A stretch of 64,000 nucleotides of DNA. Source: Methanobacteriota archaeon. GTDB taxonomy: Archaea > Thermoplasmatota > Thermoplasmata > SG8-5 > JAGLSY01. Shown piece by piece: positions 37,552 through 48,135 of this stretch. How positions within the stretch are numbered: the stretch's first letter is position 1; each line of letters opens with the position of its first letter. The position numbers were made by a program, and so were the translations under genes. Where the stretch lies: NCBI GenBank assembly GCA_020697715.1, contig JAEHCO010000004.1, positions 97,765 to 161,764 on the forward strand, given 5' to 3'. Below the pieces are notes generated by a model. It searched no databases. It saw nothing but the letters and a program-made list of their open reading frames with translations, and had not been told where the DNA came from.

Positions 37552-40494
37552 TCAATTGGTCTTGTTAAGAGCATTCTTGGTCCTATCAGCCCAAAGGCTC
37601 ATGCCCATATGCTCGAATTCATGAAAGGCGTCATTCAAAAGCTTCGAGGCCATATCCGACTCGCCTTTTTCCGAGTAAAGCAGGCCCATTTCGTATTTTG
37701 TGCGTGCGAGCTCCCGCTTATCTCCGATCCTTTCAATGATGCCTATGGACCTTTCAAATTCATTGATGGATCTCTCCCAGTCCTTTTTATCACGGTGAGC
37801 CATCCCCAAAACTCGACGCCCCATTGATTCCCCCATGGGGAAGGCAACCTCTTTTGAGATCTCCATGACCTTATTGGCCTTCATTATCGCATCATCAATG
37901 TTCCCCATACCCATCTCGGCCTCGGCCATATTATAATAATTGTACACCATGAGGGTCCTATATCCCATCTCGGAGCACATCTCATTGCTTTTGTTCTGGC
38001 ACTCTATGACCTCGGGATACTTCTCCATCTCATAATATACATAACCTATGCACGTGAGAGAATGGGCCACACTGCTCTTTGCCCCTATGGATCGATTGAT
38101 AGCCAGCCCCTCCTCATGATGTTCAAGGGCCTTATCCAGATCCCCAAGGTCAATGTAGGTATTGCCAATATTGATGAGTGCGACCGCGATGTCTATCTTC
38201 TTCCCGATCTTTCTGAAGGTGTCGAGACCCATATTGAAATATTCCAGAGCCTTGGCCAGGTCACCTTTATGCTGATGTATCAATCCCATATTATTATACG
38301 TGGAAGCAAGGCCTTTGATATCATCCAGCTCCTTGCTTATTTCCTGCGAGTTATGCAGATACTCCTGAGCCGTGTCCAGGTCACCCATGTTTTTGAGGAT
38401 GGTCCCCCTGCCTTGTAATGCCTGAGCGATGTCGCTTTTTTGGCATGAGCTCTGGGCTATCTCCAGGCTTTTTTCCACACATTCATCCGCCTTTTTATAA
38501 TCACCAGTCTTCAGATAGGTCCAGCTAAGTGCATTGAGAAGTCTTCCAGCCTCGATGCAATCCCGCCCCTCAACAAGCGCCAAACCCTTCTGGCATTCTT
38601 CAACACTTTCCTCATATTTACCCATCTGGTCATATATCAAGGATATCTTGGAATGCAGACTTGCCTTATTGCCGTTATCCAGCTCCAATTCTATGGCCAT
38701 ATTGTAATTGTATATGGATCTCTCATATTCGCTTATGAGGCTGTAGACGTCGCCGAGATTGTCATGGATCGCGACCTTCATCTCATCATCCTCGATGAAG
38801 TTCAAAGCGTTCAGATAGGATTGAACAGCTTCCTCATTGGCAAATTTGCCTTTAGCCAGATCCCCGGCCATCACCAGGAATTCTCCAGCTCTCGGATCCC
38901 CTGCTGTGAAATAATGGAATGCGAGTTCGCCCACCACAGCATCCAGGTCATCCTTGTTCGTCTCAGAGATGGCCTCGGCAACTATCATATGGTATTCCTG
39001 CCTAAGCTCGTCCATTATGCCATTGTAAAGAACCTCTCTCACCTTGGCATGATCGAAAACATATCTCTTTTGAAATGAATGTATCAGATTATGGGTCTTT
39101 TCTATCTCTGAAAGGTTCCTGAGAAGCTTTATCCTATTCAGACCCAGTACATGGCCTATGATCTCGGAACTGAACTCCTTGCCGATCACCGAAGCGGATT
39201 CTAATATATCTCTCTGATCTCCCATCACCCGATCCAATCGCCTTTTGACAACATCATAGATCTTCGAAGGTATGGCCAATTCATCAATGTCCGTAGCTAA
39301 TTTCCAGATCCCATTTTCATCAAGTTCCAAACACCGCTCCTCTATCAGTAATTTGATCACCTCAAGGATGTAGAATGGTGTTCCTTCGGTCTCTGAATGG
39401 ATCCTGTCAAAAAATCCATGTTCCAGATCATTAGGGGTGAGAACATTTGACACCAGATGCTCCGTATTCTTTCTATCCAGGCGAGATATCGTTATTTTGG
39501 TGAATAGGTCCTCTCGACTCATATTCTGCATTGTCTTTTCAAGTGGGTGCACCCTGCCTTCCTCATCCTCAATTATGTCCTCTGGCCGATATGTCCCGAG
39601 GATCAGAACTTGCTTTTCCCTTATATTCCTGGATAGATAATGTAGTAGATTCAAACTGGATGGATCGCACCATTGTAGATCATCCAAAAATAGTATCACA
39701 GGCTTTTCACGTGATAGTCTCTGAATACCCAATAATACATTATCAAATAGATTTTCCTGCAATATCCTCGGATCATCTACAAGGAATTTACCTTCATATT
39801 TCCCCATGTTCAGCAGATTCTGAAGTATTTGCTCAGTTCCAGCGACCTCCAGGGTATTGCCAGACCAATTCTCGATCACTGTTGAGAACTTATCCACGAT
39901 ATTTGACAGGGTCTGTTTAAGGTCATCCAGAAAGAACTCATTCTCCTTTCCAGATATTACAGCAGCCAGACTACAATTGGAATTATGTTCCATTATGATC
40001 CGGTAATTATCATATCCCATTACATTCAGACCCTTTCCGGAACCTGTTTCCTTCATACCTGTGAGTGAATCCTTTACAAAATTTGAAACAGCGGTCAGCA
40101 TCCCGGCAAATATGTCTGGCTCTATGTCAGATTCTTCCTGCTCCACTTTGGAAATAAGAAGTCCAGATACATCCATCAAATAAAGGCTCAGAAGCTTGGG
40201 AGGTTTCTCACCAGTAAAAAGATGATCCAGTCCTGCCTCTCTGAAAGACGTTCGCATGGGCATTAGCGGCTCCAGGCTCTCGGCAAGGCACCAGCCACGA
40301 AGTATCAGAGCACCACCAGACTCTGCTTTTTTGATCAGTTCATTGGTGATACGCGTCTTACCAATTCCAGCTTCTCCAGCAATAAGAATAGTGTTACCAT
40401 TGCCCTGCACGGCATTGCTCAATGCCTGCTCGAGTTGAGCTAACTCATCTTCTCGGCCCACAAGGTCTGGAACCTGTATCATCATATCCTTCAC
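37552..40494 (-). CDS. STAND-type ATPase with inserted longin-like domain and TPR array (paralog of 463-3432)
   Basis: LVGREDEL, GEAGIGKT, LFLDDLQWCD, EGTPFY, FDHAKVRE, TPRs; AGMLTAVSNFVKDSL insert. Confidence 0.9.
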   Translation of the reverse strand: MKDMMIQVPDLVGREDELAQLEQALSNAVQGNGNTILIAGEAGIGKTRITNELIKKAESGGALILRGWCLAESLEPLMPMRTSFREAGLDHLFTGEKPPKLLSLYLMDVSGLLISKVEQEESDIEPDIFAGMLTAVSNFVKDSLTGMKETGSGKGLNVMGYDNYRIIMEHNSNCSLAAVISGKENEFFLDDLKQTLSNIVDKFSTVIENWSGNTLEVAGTEQILQNLLNMGKYEGKFLVDDPRILQENLFDNVLLGIQRLSREKPVILFLDDLQWCDPSSLNLLHYLSRNIREKQVLILGTYRPEDIIEDEEGRVHPLEKTMQNMSREDLFTKITISRLDRKNTEHLVSNVLTPNDLEHGFFDRIHSETEGTPFYILEVIKLLIEERCLELDENGIWKLATDIDELAIPSKIYDVVKRRLDRVMGDQRDILESASVIGKEFSSEIIGHVLGLNRIKLLRNLSEIEKTHNLIHSFQKRYVFDHAKVREVLYNGIMDELRQEYHMIVAEAISETNKDDLDAVVGELAFHYFTAGDPRAGEFLVMAGDLAKGKFANEEAVQSYLNALNFIEDDEMKVAIHDNLGDVYSLISEYERSIYNYNMAIELELDNGNKASLHSKISLIYDQMGKYEESVEECQKGLALVEGRDCIEAGRLLNALSWTYLKTGDYKKADECVEKSLEIAQSSCQKSDIAQALQGRGTILKNMGDLDTAQEYLHNSQEISKELDDIKGLASTYNNMGLIHQHKGDLAKALEYFNMGLDTFRKIGKKIDIAVALINIGNTYIDLGDLDKALEHHEEGLAINRSIGAKSSVAHSLTCIGYVYYEMEKYPEVIECQNKSNEMCSEMGYRTLMVYNYYNMAEAEMGMGNIDDAIMKANKVMEISKEVAFPMGESMGRRVLGMAHRDKKDWERSINEFERSIGIIERIGDKRELARTKYEMGLLYSEKGESDMASKLLNDAFHEFEHMGMSLWADRTKNALNKTN

Positions 40495-40824
40495 TACTTA
40501 GCCACCTATTACCTCAAAGATATGCAATTATAAATAATAAATGTAGGATGTACCGGATCAAATAGTCATTATGATCAACAATACCAGCTGACATATTTGA
40601 TAAAATAGATGCGTGCATTTGTAAAATGCATATCTAAAAAAGAATAGGGGATATTATGGGCCCAGGCAGATTATAGGTAGTAAGGTCTCTTCTGATTTAT
40701 TTAAAGCCCAATTATCCAATAAGGTTATCAATATATTCAATTCCTAGCTCGGATTGGATTGGACCACCACTAAGGAAACGTGTAAGAGTCCTGTAAGGAC
40801 TTGTTGGATTACTTCCACTACGCA

Positions 40825-40905
40825 TTACTGGCCAGAGTTCATCACCCTCAAACAAACGGCAAGATTGAACGATTTTTCGAAACATTGGAACAGAAACGAA
40901 AGTTG
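40825..40905 (+). pseudogene. Transposase fragment, IS481/IS3-type rve integrase core
   Basis: Translates LLARVHHPQTNGKIERFFETLEQ, the segment holding the catalytic Glu; no surrounding ORF. Confidence 0.75.
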
Positions 40906-41034
40906 TCGGAGGAAAGAATCATGATATATGCAAGGTGGGTGCTTGAAGTGTAATATTAATTCGGGGTATGAAAGTGGTCAAAACTGCTCACAATTTATAT
41001 ATATATTGATCACGGATTAGAATAATGTGATAAG

Positions 41035-42123
41035 ATGCCAACTGATGACATATTGAATAAAAGCCCAATAGCTATAATGGAACTTGATAATTATATAAGT
41101 GAGTTTGATATCAACACAATGGACTGGGATGATGATTTCAATCTAATGAATGAGTATTTAAAATTTAAATACCAACCAAGTAAAATAATTGAGGAAGGAA
41201 AGAATGAATATGACAAGATGCTTCTATTATTGAAGTGGACATCAAATCAATGGGATCATCACTCAAATAATATGGGAAAAATCCCAGATGCATTAGCTAT
41301 TTTGGATGCTGTAAAAGAAGGAGAGCAATTCCGTTGTGTTGAATATAGCATTGTTTTGGCCCATTTGCTAACCATTCTGGGCTATCCCGCCAGAACTGTG
41401 GGTTTATTACCCTATGAGACGACTCTTTCAAGCAACTCCCATGTCTGTGTAGAAGTTTGGAGCAATCAATTTCAAAAATGGATTTTATTTGACCCCCAAA
41501 ATAATGGATACTGGAAAACAGGAAATGAGATACTTAACGCCATGGAAATTAGAGAACTACGACTCAATAACAAAGAAAAAGATTTGAAATTTATCATAGA
41601 TCAAAATGAGATAGAATCAAGTAAGTTGAAAGAAACTTGGGCTCAATATTTTTACCATTTGAGGTATCCAATCAGCTATGGATTTTTGAAACATAATTAC
41701 CAGAGTACAGCTTCCCCAAACCGTGTTGAATTGCTAAGAAACGGTATTATTCCCGCAGTTTTTGTGGGAAAATGGATTTTTAATCTACAATGGACAAGTG
41801 AAGCTGACAAGATTTATCCTAAACTAAATCAAACAGGTATTTCCCTAAATCATACCAATCAGTTCAAGTTGGAAAGGAAATTCAATGTCCAGTTAACACA
41901 CACAATGCCTTTTTTTGACCATTATTTTATTAAGATTGATCAAGAGCCTTGGAAAAAGACTTTTGACAAATTTATTTGGGAGTTACAAGAAGGGAAAAAT
42001 GAATTACAGGCGAAAGCTGTTAATAAAATGGGTGTTGAAGGGAAAATAAGTAATATTGTTTTGAGAAACAATATTGATAAGCCGGATGAAACAAAGACAT
42101 TGCAAGAGCTATTTTCTAGATAG
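41035..42123 (+). CDS. Transglutaminase-like (papain-fold) protein, AT-rich
   Basis: FRCVEYS (Cys), SHVCVEVW (His), WILFDP (Asp) triad; C-terminal Ig-like segment. Confidence 0.82.
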   Translation: MPTDDILNKSPIAIMELDNYISEFDINTMDWDDDFNLMNEYLKFKYQPSKIIEEGKNEYDKMLLLLKWTSNQWDHHSNNMGKIPDALAILDAVKEGEQFRCVEYSIVLAHLLTILGYPARTVGLLPYETTLSSNSHVCVEVWSNQFQKWILFDPQNNGYWKTGNEILNAMEIRELRLNNKEKDLKFIIDQNEIESSKLKETWAQYFYHLRYPISYGFLKHNYQSTASPNRVELLRNGIIPAVFVGKWIFNLQWTSEADKIYPKLNQTGISLNHTNQFKLERKFNVQLTHTMPFFDHYFIKIDQEPWKKTFDKFIWELQEGKNELQAKAVNKMGVEGKISNIVLRNNIDKPDETKTLQELFSR

Positions 42124-42408
42124 AATTAGTATTTGGAGGACATAACATCGGGTTTTTGTTATTCCTAATTCCTTCGTCATATGATCTCTTAGCCAAACTA
42201 CCATAATAACTGTTATCCATACCAAAACGAATAAGTGCTGGTACAGGCAGAAGGTGGATTTCATTCAAAAGAACTTCTCGGTTGTTCATACAGTGGAGGA
42301 CTAGAATAATCAAACCCTAGAACCAATCACTAAACAACAATCTCCAAAGCAATTATACACCTGAAATCATTACCCTATCGTAAGGAAATTCTTAAATATA
42401 TAAAAAAG

Positions 42409-42481
42409 TGGGCCCGCCCAGATTCGAACTGGAGTCTAGCGCCCCCGAAGCGCCAAGTATACCAAGCTAACCCACGGGCCC
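42409..42481 (-). tRNA. tRNA-Pro(CGG)
   Basis: GGGCCCG acceptor stem, GGCGC-TTCGGGG-GCGCT anticodon arm, TTCGAAT T-loop; CCA not encoded. Confidence 0.95.
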
Positions 42482-42641
42482 TTATGTAGACTCCAGTATT
42501 CTGGCATTGTTGATATAGATTATGATTTTATCGAATCCCAAAACCAAAATCGAAATGTTTAAGTATTATGTGAGATATATCTAACATTATGTTTGAATCA
42601 TCTAACAAAAAGTTAGAAGAAGACAACTAAGGAGATATAAT

Positions 42642-43052
42642 ATGAAAGATAGATTAGGAATAATAATTGGCATCGCCGTCATTCTGATGGTGGTCCTCAC
42701 AATGGCCCTCTGGCTGGTGAACGTGGACGAGATCGGAATGGCCGAGATAGTCCTTCCAATGATAATACTGGTGATAGTGGTCTTCGCGATGTACATTGTG
42801 TATGATAAGCTGAAGAACGTGCAAGTTGGGCTTCCAACCGAGGATGAGAGGACCGTGCTTTTGAATTACAAGGCATCGTACTATGGGTTCATTGCCGCTA
42901 TCTGGAGCGCGGTGTTCGGACCCACATTATATGATATTTTCTATGATAAAGAGCTCTTGGGACGGCATGTCACCGCATTGGTCGTATTATGCGGTGGTCT
43001 GGTCTTTGTCACCTCCTACCTCATACTGCAAAGAAAGGGGGTGGAAGCTTGA
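42642..43052 (+). CDS. Four-TM membrane protein (DUF2178-like)
   Basis: EDER...KAS motif between TM pairs; in an operon with an XRE regulator. Confidence 0.75.
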   Translation: MKDRLGIIIGIAVILMVVLTMALWLVNVDEIGMAEIVLPMIILVIVVFAMYIVYDKLKNVQVGLPTEDERTVLLNYKASYYGFIAAIWSAVFGPTLYDIFYDKELLGRHVTALVVLCGGLVFVTSYLILQRKGVEA

Positions 43053-43375
43053 AGAACGCCTTCTGGTATCTTGGATTTCTATCAGTGCTCAGTGTTCTGA
43101 CCCTCAAGGAAGGAGATGGTGGATTCCTTGGATTTCTTGGTTTTCTTCCTTATTTCTCGATATACAGAATGAGCGATGAGCGGATAGAATTGAATATCGG
43201 AAGGGCATCGAGGAATGCTTTCATGTTCACGATATTCTTTGGTTCGGCAACCATCACCTATGGTTACTGGACAGGTGATGATCAGATACTCCTACCAGCC
43301 TTTGTCATACTCTTTGGAGGTGCATTGATGGTATGCTTATTATCCCTCTTCTTCTATGACAGGATGGGACGTTAA
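43049..43375 (+). CDS. Small membrane protein (DUF3796-like), TTG start
   Basis: YLGFL...GFLGFLGF...DER...RASRNAF; overlaps both neighbours. Confidence 0.7.
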   Translation: MKNAFWYLGFLSVLSVLTLKEGDGGFLGFLGFLPYFSIYRMSDERIELNIGRASRNAFMFTIFFGSATITYGYWTGDDQILLPAFVILFGGALMVCLLSLFFYDRMGR

Positions 43376-43566
43376 TGAAGACCCGCATAAAAGAGCTGAG
43401 AGCCAGGCATGACATGACCCAGGAGGATCTGGCAAGGAAGGTGGGCGTGCGCAGAGAAACAATAGTCTATCTTGAAAAAGGAAAATATAATCCATCATTG
43501 AAGATGGCTCACGATGTGGCTGTGGCTCTGAAGTCTACAATTGATGAAGTATTCATCTTTGATTGA
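43375..43566 (+). CDS. XRE-family HTH transcriptional regulator
   Basis: IKELRA...TQEDLA...[18 protein letters not shown]. Confidence 0.93.
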   Translation: MKTRIKELRARHDMTQEDLARKVGVRRETIVYLEKGKYNPSLKMAHDVAVALKSTIDEVFIFD

Positions 43567-43612
43567 AAAATTGAAAAAAATAGAATGGCCAGCTAATTTA
43601 ATGCTGGCCAGT

Positions 43613-44326
43613 TCATTTTGTTCTGGCAAGTCTTTCCCGCACCTTGTCCGACCTTAGTTCTCTCAGGGCGTCTTTGGCAATCCACCTGGCACTTTTCGAA
43701 TCGAGTTTCTCGATCTTAAGCGCCATTTTTACCGCCTTCTTGTTCAGGGCCATGTTGCGCTTCCCGATCTGCCGTAAGGTCCAGTTAACCCCTTTCTTCA
43801 CCATATTACGCTCATCCACGGCCTCGGAATAGATGAGAGGAAAATAATATTCGAATCGGGCATCTTCAGCCTTTTTGTCCTTCACAGCCAGCCTGGCCAC
43901 AAGGACAAAGCCTGCTCTTTTCACGAATTCTTCTTCACGCTGGCACCACTTTTCCGCATGTCCATAAGGATCATCAATGCCCTGGAAAAATCCTCCACAA
44001 AGATTGTCACAGATATCCCATGAGTCTATCTGGCTGACCCATTTTTCTATCATGGGTGGAGTTGCTTTTTCTGGGTCGGCAATTAGTGGAGCTAAAAGTC
44101 GAACATCATGAATTCCAGAATCCCACAAGCGTACTGCCAGCTTGTGGTCCTTTCCGACCTCTTTCGCGATCTCTCTTATCTTGGTGATGGAGACCCCGTA
44201 ATTATTGTGCGGATTTATGCCATATCTGGCCATGCCCTCTACATTCTTGGGATCGCCAGAAGACATTATGAATTCTATTATCTCGTCATAATCCATCCTA
44301 TCACCCATATTGCATCTTAGACTCAC
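43613..44326 (-). CDS. DNA alkylation repair enzyme (AlkD-like HEAT repeat)
   Basis: GMARYGI, SWDICD, EFVKRAGF, DERNMVKKGVNWTLRQIGKRN. Confidence 0.88.
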   Translation of the reverse strand: MSLRCNMGDRMDYDEIIEFIMSSGDPKNVEGMARYGINPHNNYGVSITKIREIAKEVGKDHKLAVRLWDSGIHDVRLLAPLIADPEKATPPMIEKWVSQIDSWDICDNLCGGFFQGIDDPYGHAEKWCQREEEFVKRAGFVLVARLAVKDKKAEDARFEYYFPLIYSEAVDERNMVKKGVNWTLRQIGKRNMALNKKAVKMALKIEKLDSKSARWIAKDALRELRSDKVRERLARTK

Positions 44327-45648
44327 TTCTTCTTGCCTTGCAACATATTGAGGAGAGGGAATGCCCCGCCCTTGCTATTCTTCAGGTTGATCTTCATCGT
44401 GAGTATCTTTTCTGTGGAGAAGAGCTTGCCAGCCAGCAGGATCATCGCTATCGTGAAGATGACCTGATAGACAATTCCGAAAAGGATCGGCGTGTATAGT
44501 CCAGTGTACATGGCTTTGGAGGCCAGCACAGGATATGAGAATGGTATAGCGTAGATAATGCCCTGTATGAATTCCGGAAGCTGGCTGATATCCACCAGCA
44601 TGAGTGCTATTGCTGGTATGAATATGGGAACGTATAGAGCGCCCATCAATGCCTGGGCACTTCTGACATCCTCGGTCAGCGAGCCAAGAAGTACAGCCAC
44701 CGAAAGCGCGGCTATCAGAGATAGGAATAGAGTGACTATCAATAAGAAAATGCCAGTGGTGGTCGGGGCAAGCCCGATCTCCGCAAGGTTCAGACCCGCA
44801 TCATTGCTCATATTTGCCATCGATGATATGTAATATGATAGGCCGAACATATAGGCTATAAGAGCGAATATCGACACTACCACGACCCCGCCAACCTTTC
44901 CGAAAAGTATGGAATTGCGGGATACTGGCATTGTCAGGAGTGTTTCAAGTGTTTTTTCTTCTTTCTCCATCGCGACAGAGGTTGCCGCCAATTGTGCGGC
45001 CATTATCAAGAGCATCATCATCACCATGGGTATCATCATACTCTGCATCATCATCTGCTCGGTTATACGGCCAGGCGAGACATTTTCTACGATCTCACCA
45101 TCTATCACGGCCTCATTGGACAATAATATTGGATTCTCCACCATCCAGGGTTCCTGGTCGGGGAAGGCATCAGTCAGCCTCTCATCCACTATCATTTGCT
45201 TATATTCAGCCATATAGCTTCCCAAAACAGATGCGGGGATCTCCTCGCTGATCGAGTAGGTCTCCATGACCGTATAGAAATTCACCACCACACTGGAATC
45301 ATTCTCTATATTGAAACTGAAATTAGGAGGTATGACCACGATCACGCTATATTCGGGATCTAGCTCATCGAATAATACCTCTGGCTCATACTCCGAACGA
45401 TCATGAATGGTTATTCCTTTTTCATTAAATACGTCTATAAGTTGGGCAGATCTATTCCCAAGATCATTATTGATCAATGCGATATTGATATTGCTCGCAC
45501 TCTGCTCAACAGACTCCACTGTCGCGGTCATGGCCGAACCCATCAGAGGGAAGATCAATACAGGCACGATTATCATACCAAGAAGAAGACGAGGGTCCCT
45601 CACCATCTCCTTGACCTCTTTTCGGATGATATTGAAAAGCGCACCCAT
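44323..45648 (-). CDS. ABC-2 type permease (NatB-like)
   Basis: KEVKEMVRD, EKEEKTLETLLTMPVSR..ILFGK, six TMs. Confidence 0.9.
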   Translation of the reverse strand: MGALFNIIRKEVKEMVRDPRLLLGMIIVPVLIFPLMGSAMTATVESVEQSASNINIALINNDLGNRSAQLIDVFNEKGITIHDRSEYEPEVLFDELDPEYSVIVVIPPNFSFNIENDSSVVVNFYTVMETYSISEEIPASVLGSYMAEYKQMIVDERLTDAFPDQEPWMVENPILLSNEAVIDGEIVENVSPGRITEQMMMQSMMIPMVMMMLLIMAAQLAATSVAMEKEEKTLETLLTMPVSRNSILFGKVGGVVVVSIFALIAYMFGLSYYISSMANMSNDAGLNLAEIGLAPTTTGIFLLIVTLFLSLIAALSVAVLLGSLTEDVRSAQALMGALYVPIFIPAIALMLVDISQLPEFIQGIIYAIPFSYPVLASKAMYTGLYTPILFGIVYQVIFTIAMILLAGKLFSTEKILTMKINLKNSKGGAFPLLNMLQGKKK

Positions 45649-45755
45649 CAGACCACCTCCAGTATATCAATATTGATGGCCATCAGGCATCCTCTCCATT
45701 TTGTAGCACTGATGCGCATCAGGCATCCTCTCCATTTTGTAACACTGATGCGCAT
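45648..45755 (-). CDS. 35-aa bridging mini-ORF built from 36-bp tandem repeats
   Basis: MRISVTKWRGCL-MRISATKWRGCL-MAINIDILEVV*; TAATG overlap with the ATPase stop, TGATG overlap with the permease start. Confidence 0.45.
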   Translation of the reverse strand: MRISVTKWRGCLMRISATKWRGCLMAINIDILEVV

Positions 45756-46489
45756 TATGCACCACCCCTGGTGACCTTGATGAATACCTCTTCCAGGTTC
45801 ATGGCATCATATCTCTCTATCAAACCTTTGGGAGTGCCAGTATCAATTATTCTTCCATCATCAATAAGAGCTATACGATCGCAAAGAAATTCCACTTCCA
45901 GCATATTATGACTGGATAGGAGGACAGATACGCCCTGATTCTCCACGTATTCCCTTATTATCTTTCTCACATAATAAGCATGATTGACATCGAGCCCGCT
46001 GGCCGGTTCGTCCATCACGGCCAGCTTCGGTATGGTCATCAATGATCGGGCGATCAGAAGACGGCGACGCATACCTTTACTGTATTCCTTGGTGCGGTCG
46101 TCTATTCTCTCATCCAGTCCCGCGAGGCCCACACCCCTATCTACCATTGCCTTTGGGTCCTTTCCATCATCCTGATGAAAACCTGCCATGAATTCCAGGT
46201 ATTCTCTGCCAGTCAATTGTTTATAAGCTCCAGCCTCCTCTGGCAGATAGCTGATTATCTTTCTGATCTCATCGGGTTCCTCAATAACATCGATGCCAAA
46301 GATGTGTGCTTGGCCACTTGTTGGTGTGAGCAGGGTGGTGAGTATCTTGAGGGTCGTTGATTTACCAGCCCCATTAGGACCGATGAGTCCGAATACCTCA
46401 CCCTCCTTGACAGTTATGGACAGGTTCTCAAGGGCAACCACATTCTTGTAATGCTTGGTCAAATTAGTTGTCTGGACAGCGATGGACAT
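45755..46489 (-). CDS. ABC transporter ATP-binding protein (NatA-like)
   Basis: GPNGAGKST, YSKGM, MDEPASGLD, SSH. Confidence 0.95.
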   Translation of the reverse strand: MSIAVQTTNLTKHYKNVVALENLSITVKEGEVFGLIGPNGAGKSTTLKILTTLLTPTSGQAHIFGIDVIEEPDEIRKIISYLPEEAGAYKQLTGREYLEFMAGFHQDDGKDPKAMVDRGVGLAGLDERIDDRTKEYSKGMRRRLLIARSLMTIPKLAVMDEPASGLDVNHAYYVRKIIREYVENQGVSVLLSSHNMLEVEFLCDRIALIDDGRIIDTGTPKGLIERYDAMNLEEVFIKVTRGGA

Positions 46490-46631
46490 ACACCAGTTTA
46501 TGAAATTGGATTATAAATACATATCTCGGGTATTCCATGAGAGCCCCACCCGATAGAAAATAAAGGGGGAACAGATGAAGTACATGATATTGATCCATGC
46601 ACTTCTATCAGTTATTTTGTCAGTTATTCCA

Positions 46632-47048
46632 TCACATACTGCGCTGATTCTTCCGATCATATCTTTCCTGCTCCACATAATAGCAACTGGCCAGGTATCC
46701 GAAGAAGAATAGAGGCACATAGACCAATGTGAACATAGGATCAGCGTCGATATAGGTCTTGGAATAATGTCTGAGGAGCTGGTCATTGGGTACAAAGACG
46801 CTGTAAGGAGTGAAATCCGCCTCCGTCCAATTATAATCATTGTATACCACGGTGGTAAATGACTGGAAAACAGTGGATGAGGATTCATGCTCATCCATAT
46901 CATCCAGCTCAAAGCCATTATAAGTATCCGCATGCGCGGGGTATATGGGAATTATGGAGATGAAAAAAGCCAATATGAGAAATAATATTATCTTGGCAAT
47001 ACCGGGCTTAAATAATTTAACGATAGCTCTCTTTCGCTCTTCTCTCAT
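46632..47048 (-). CDS. Hypothetical two-TM protein
   Basis: N- and C-terminal hydrophobic helices around an acidic loop. Confidence 0.55.
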   Translation of the reverse strand: MREERKRAIVKLFKPGIAKIILFLILAFFISIIPIYPAHADTYNGFELDDMDEHESSSTVFQSFTTVVYNDYNWTEADFTPYSVFVPNDQLLRHYSKTYIDADPMFTLVYVPLFFFGYLASCYYVEQERYDRKNQRSM

Positions 47049-47147
47049 ATTATTAATAATGTAACTACTGGCGTATTAATTTTGTGGTTATTGAAAAGGG
47101 CTCTATAGATACCACGGGCCCTTATTTCACATATCATCCAAAAGGTA

Positions 47148-48068
47148 TCACTTACCACGCATAGGATTTCCAATATCTCCAGCCTCGAGGATCTTTCTAA
47201 CCTCGCCCAGATCGATAGAGTTGAATACTTCCCAGAACCATTTGACAGCTTCCTCGTTCCGCTTGACCAATTCCTCGCCATTGGGCACGAGTACGAACTT
47301 CTTCAGTCTCTCGTCTATCTCCGGTGGTAGATCGTACTTCGAATATCGAGTGTGAAATTGTGACCGCATAGGGCAATGCTTGATCCTGAGAACCTCGACA
47401 AGTGGTCTTAATGTCATGCCAGTGTAGAATCCATAGGCATCCATGAATGTCCCTCTGTTCAGTTCCTTGGTGGTCATTGTCTGGAACATGTCGAACATGG
47501 TCTTGAGCATCTCCAACCTGGAGCCGAACCTCTCGATCATCGCATCCACTTCCAGGCCCGAGTCTTTGACCAGGGACTTCTTGTCAAAATGTATCAATGG
47601 TATGCCATGAATGTCGTACTGCAGAAATTTATCAGCCTCGGTATTCTCCTTTTGAATGGCCAGATCGATGAGCAAGTAAGGGCTGGCTCCCTTTATTCGA
47701 TAGAAGCATTGTGAATGGCCGTGGAAGGTTGGCTCAGGGATCCTGAACTTCAGATCCACTCCGGACAACTCATCCAGCACTTTTTCCACCAGTTCAAATG
47801 TCTCTTCAACTTTGTCATCATCGACGATCAATATCACATCGATGTCCGACCATTCATCAAGGCGATCGAAGGAAATTCCTCCCATCTCCCACATCGCGTG
47901 AACATGGTCAAGAGGTTCCAGGGCTTTCTTCAGGCTCTCTGCTATATCTTCGTGGCTTATCTTGTGGATAATATCACCAGCCCAGATAAAGACTGGATGG
48001 ATAATAATGTTATTGAACCAATATGATAAACAACAAGGCAATGAGAAAGCGAGGGGGGGTACATTCAA
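47148..48068 (-). CDS. Pol-beta-like nucleotidyltransferase (LinB/AadK-like); true start probably ~47970
   Basis: GGISFDRLDEWSDIDV motif, LLIDL third Asp, helical C-domain. Confidence 0.78.
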   Translation of the reverse strand: MNVPPLAFSLPCCLSYWFNNIIIHPVFIWAGDIIHKISHEDIAESLKKALEPLDHVHAMWEMGGISFDRLDEWSDIDVILIVDDDKVEETFELVEKVLDELSGVDLKFRIPEPTFHGHSQCFYRIKGASPYLLIDLAIQKENTEADKFLQYDIHGIPLIHFDKKSLVKDSGLEVDAMIERFGSRLEMLKTMFDMFQTMTTKELNRGTFMDAYGFYTGMTLRPLVEVLRIKHCPMRSQFHTRYSKYDLPPEIDERLKKFVLVPNGEELVKRNEEAVKWFWEVFNSIDLGEVRKILEAGDIGNPMRGK

Positions 48069-48135
48069 TAAGCCAATATGGTGGGGGCAGTCGATGGCGG
48101 TGGGAGCAATAAGGATTCATACTATGTATTCAAAT

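Noticed and set aside
47148-48068. MNT-HEPN toxin-antitoxin pair
   Set aside because: Full-length LinB/AadK-like enzyme with no adjacent HEPN gene.
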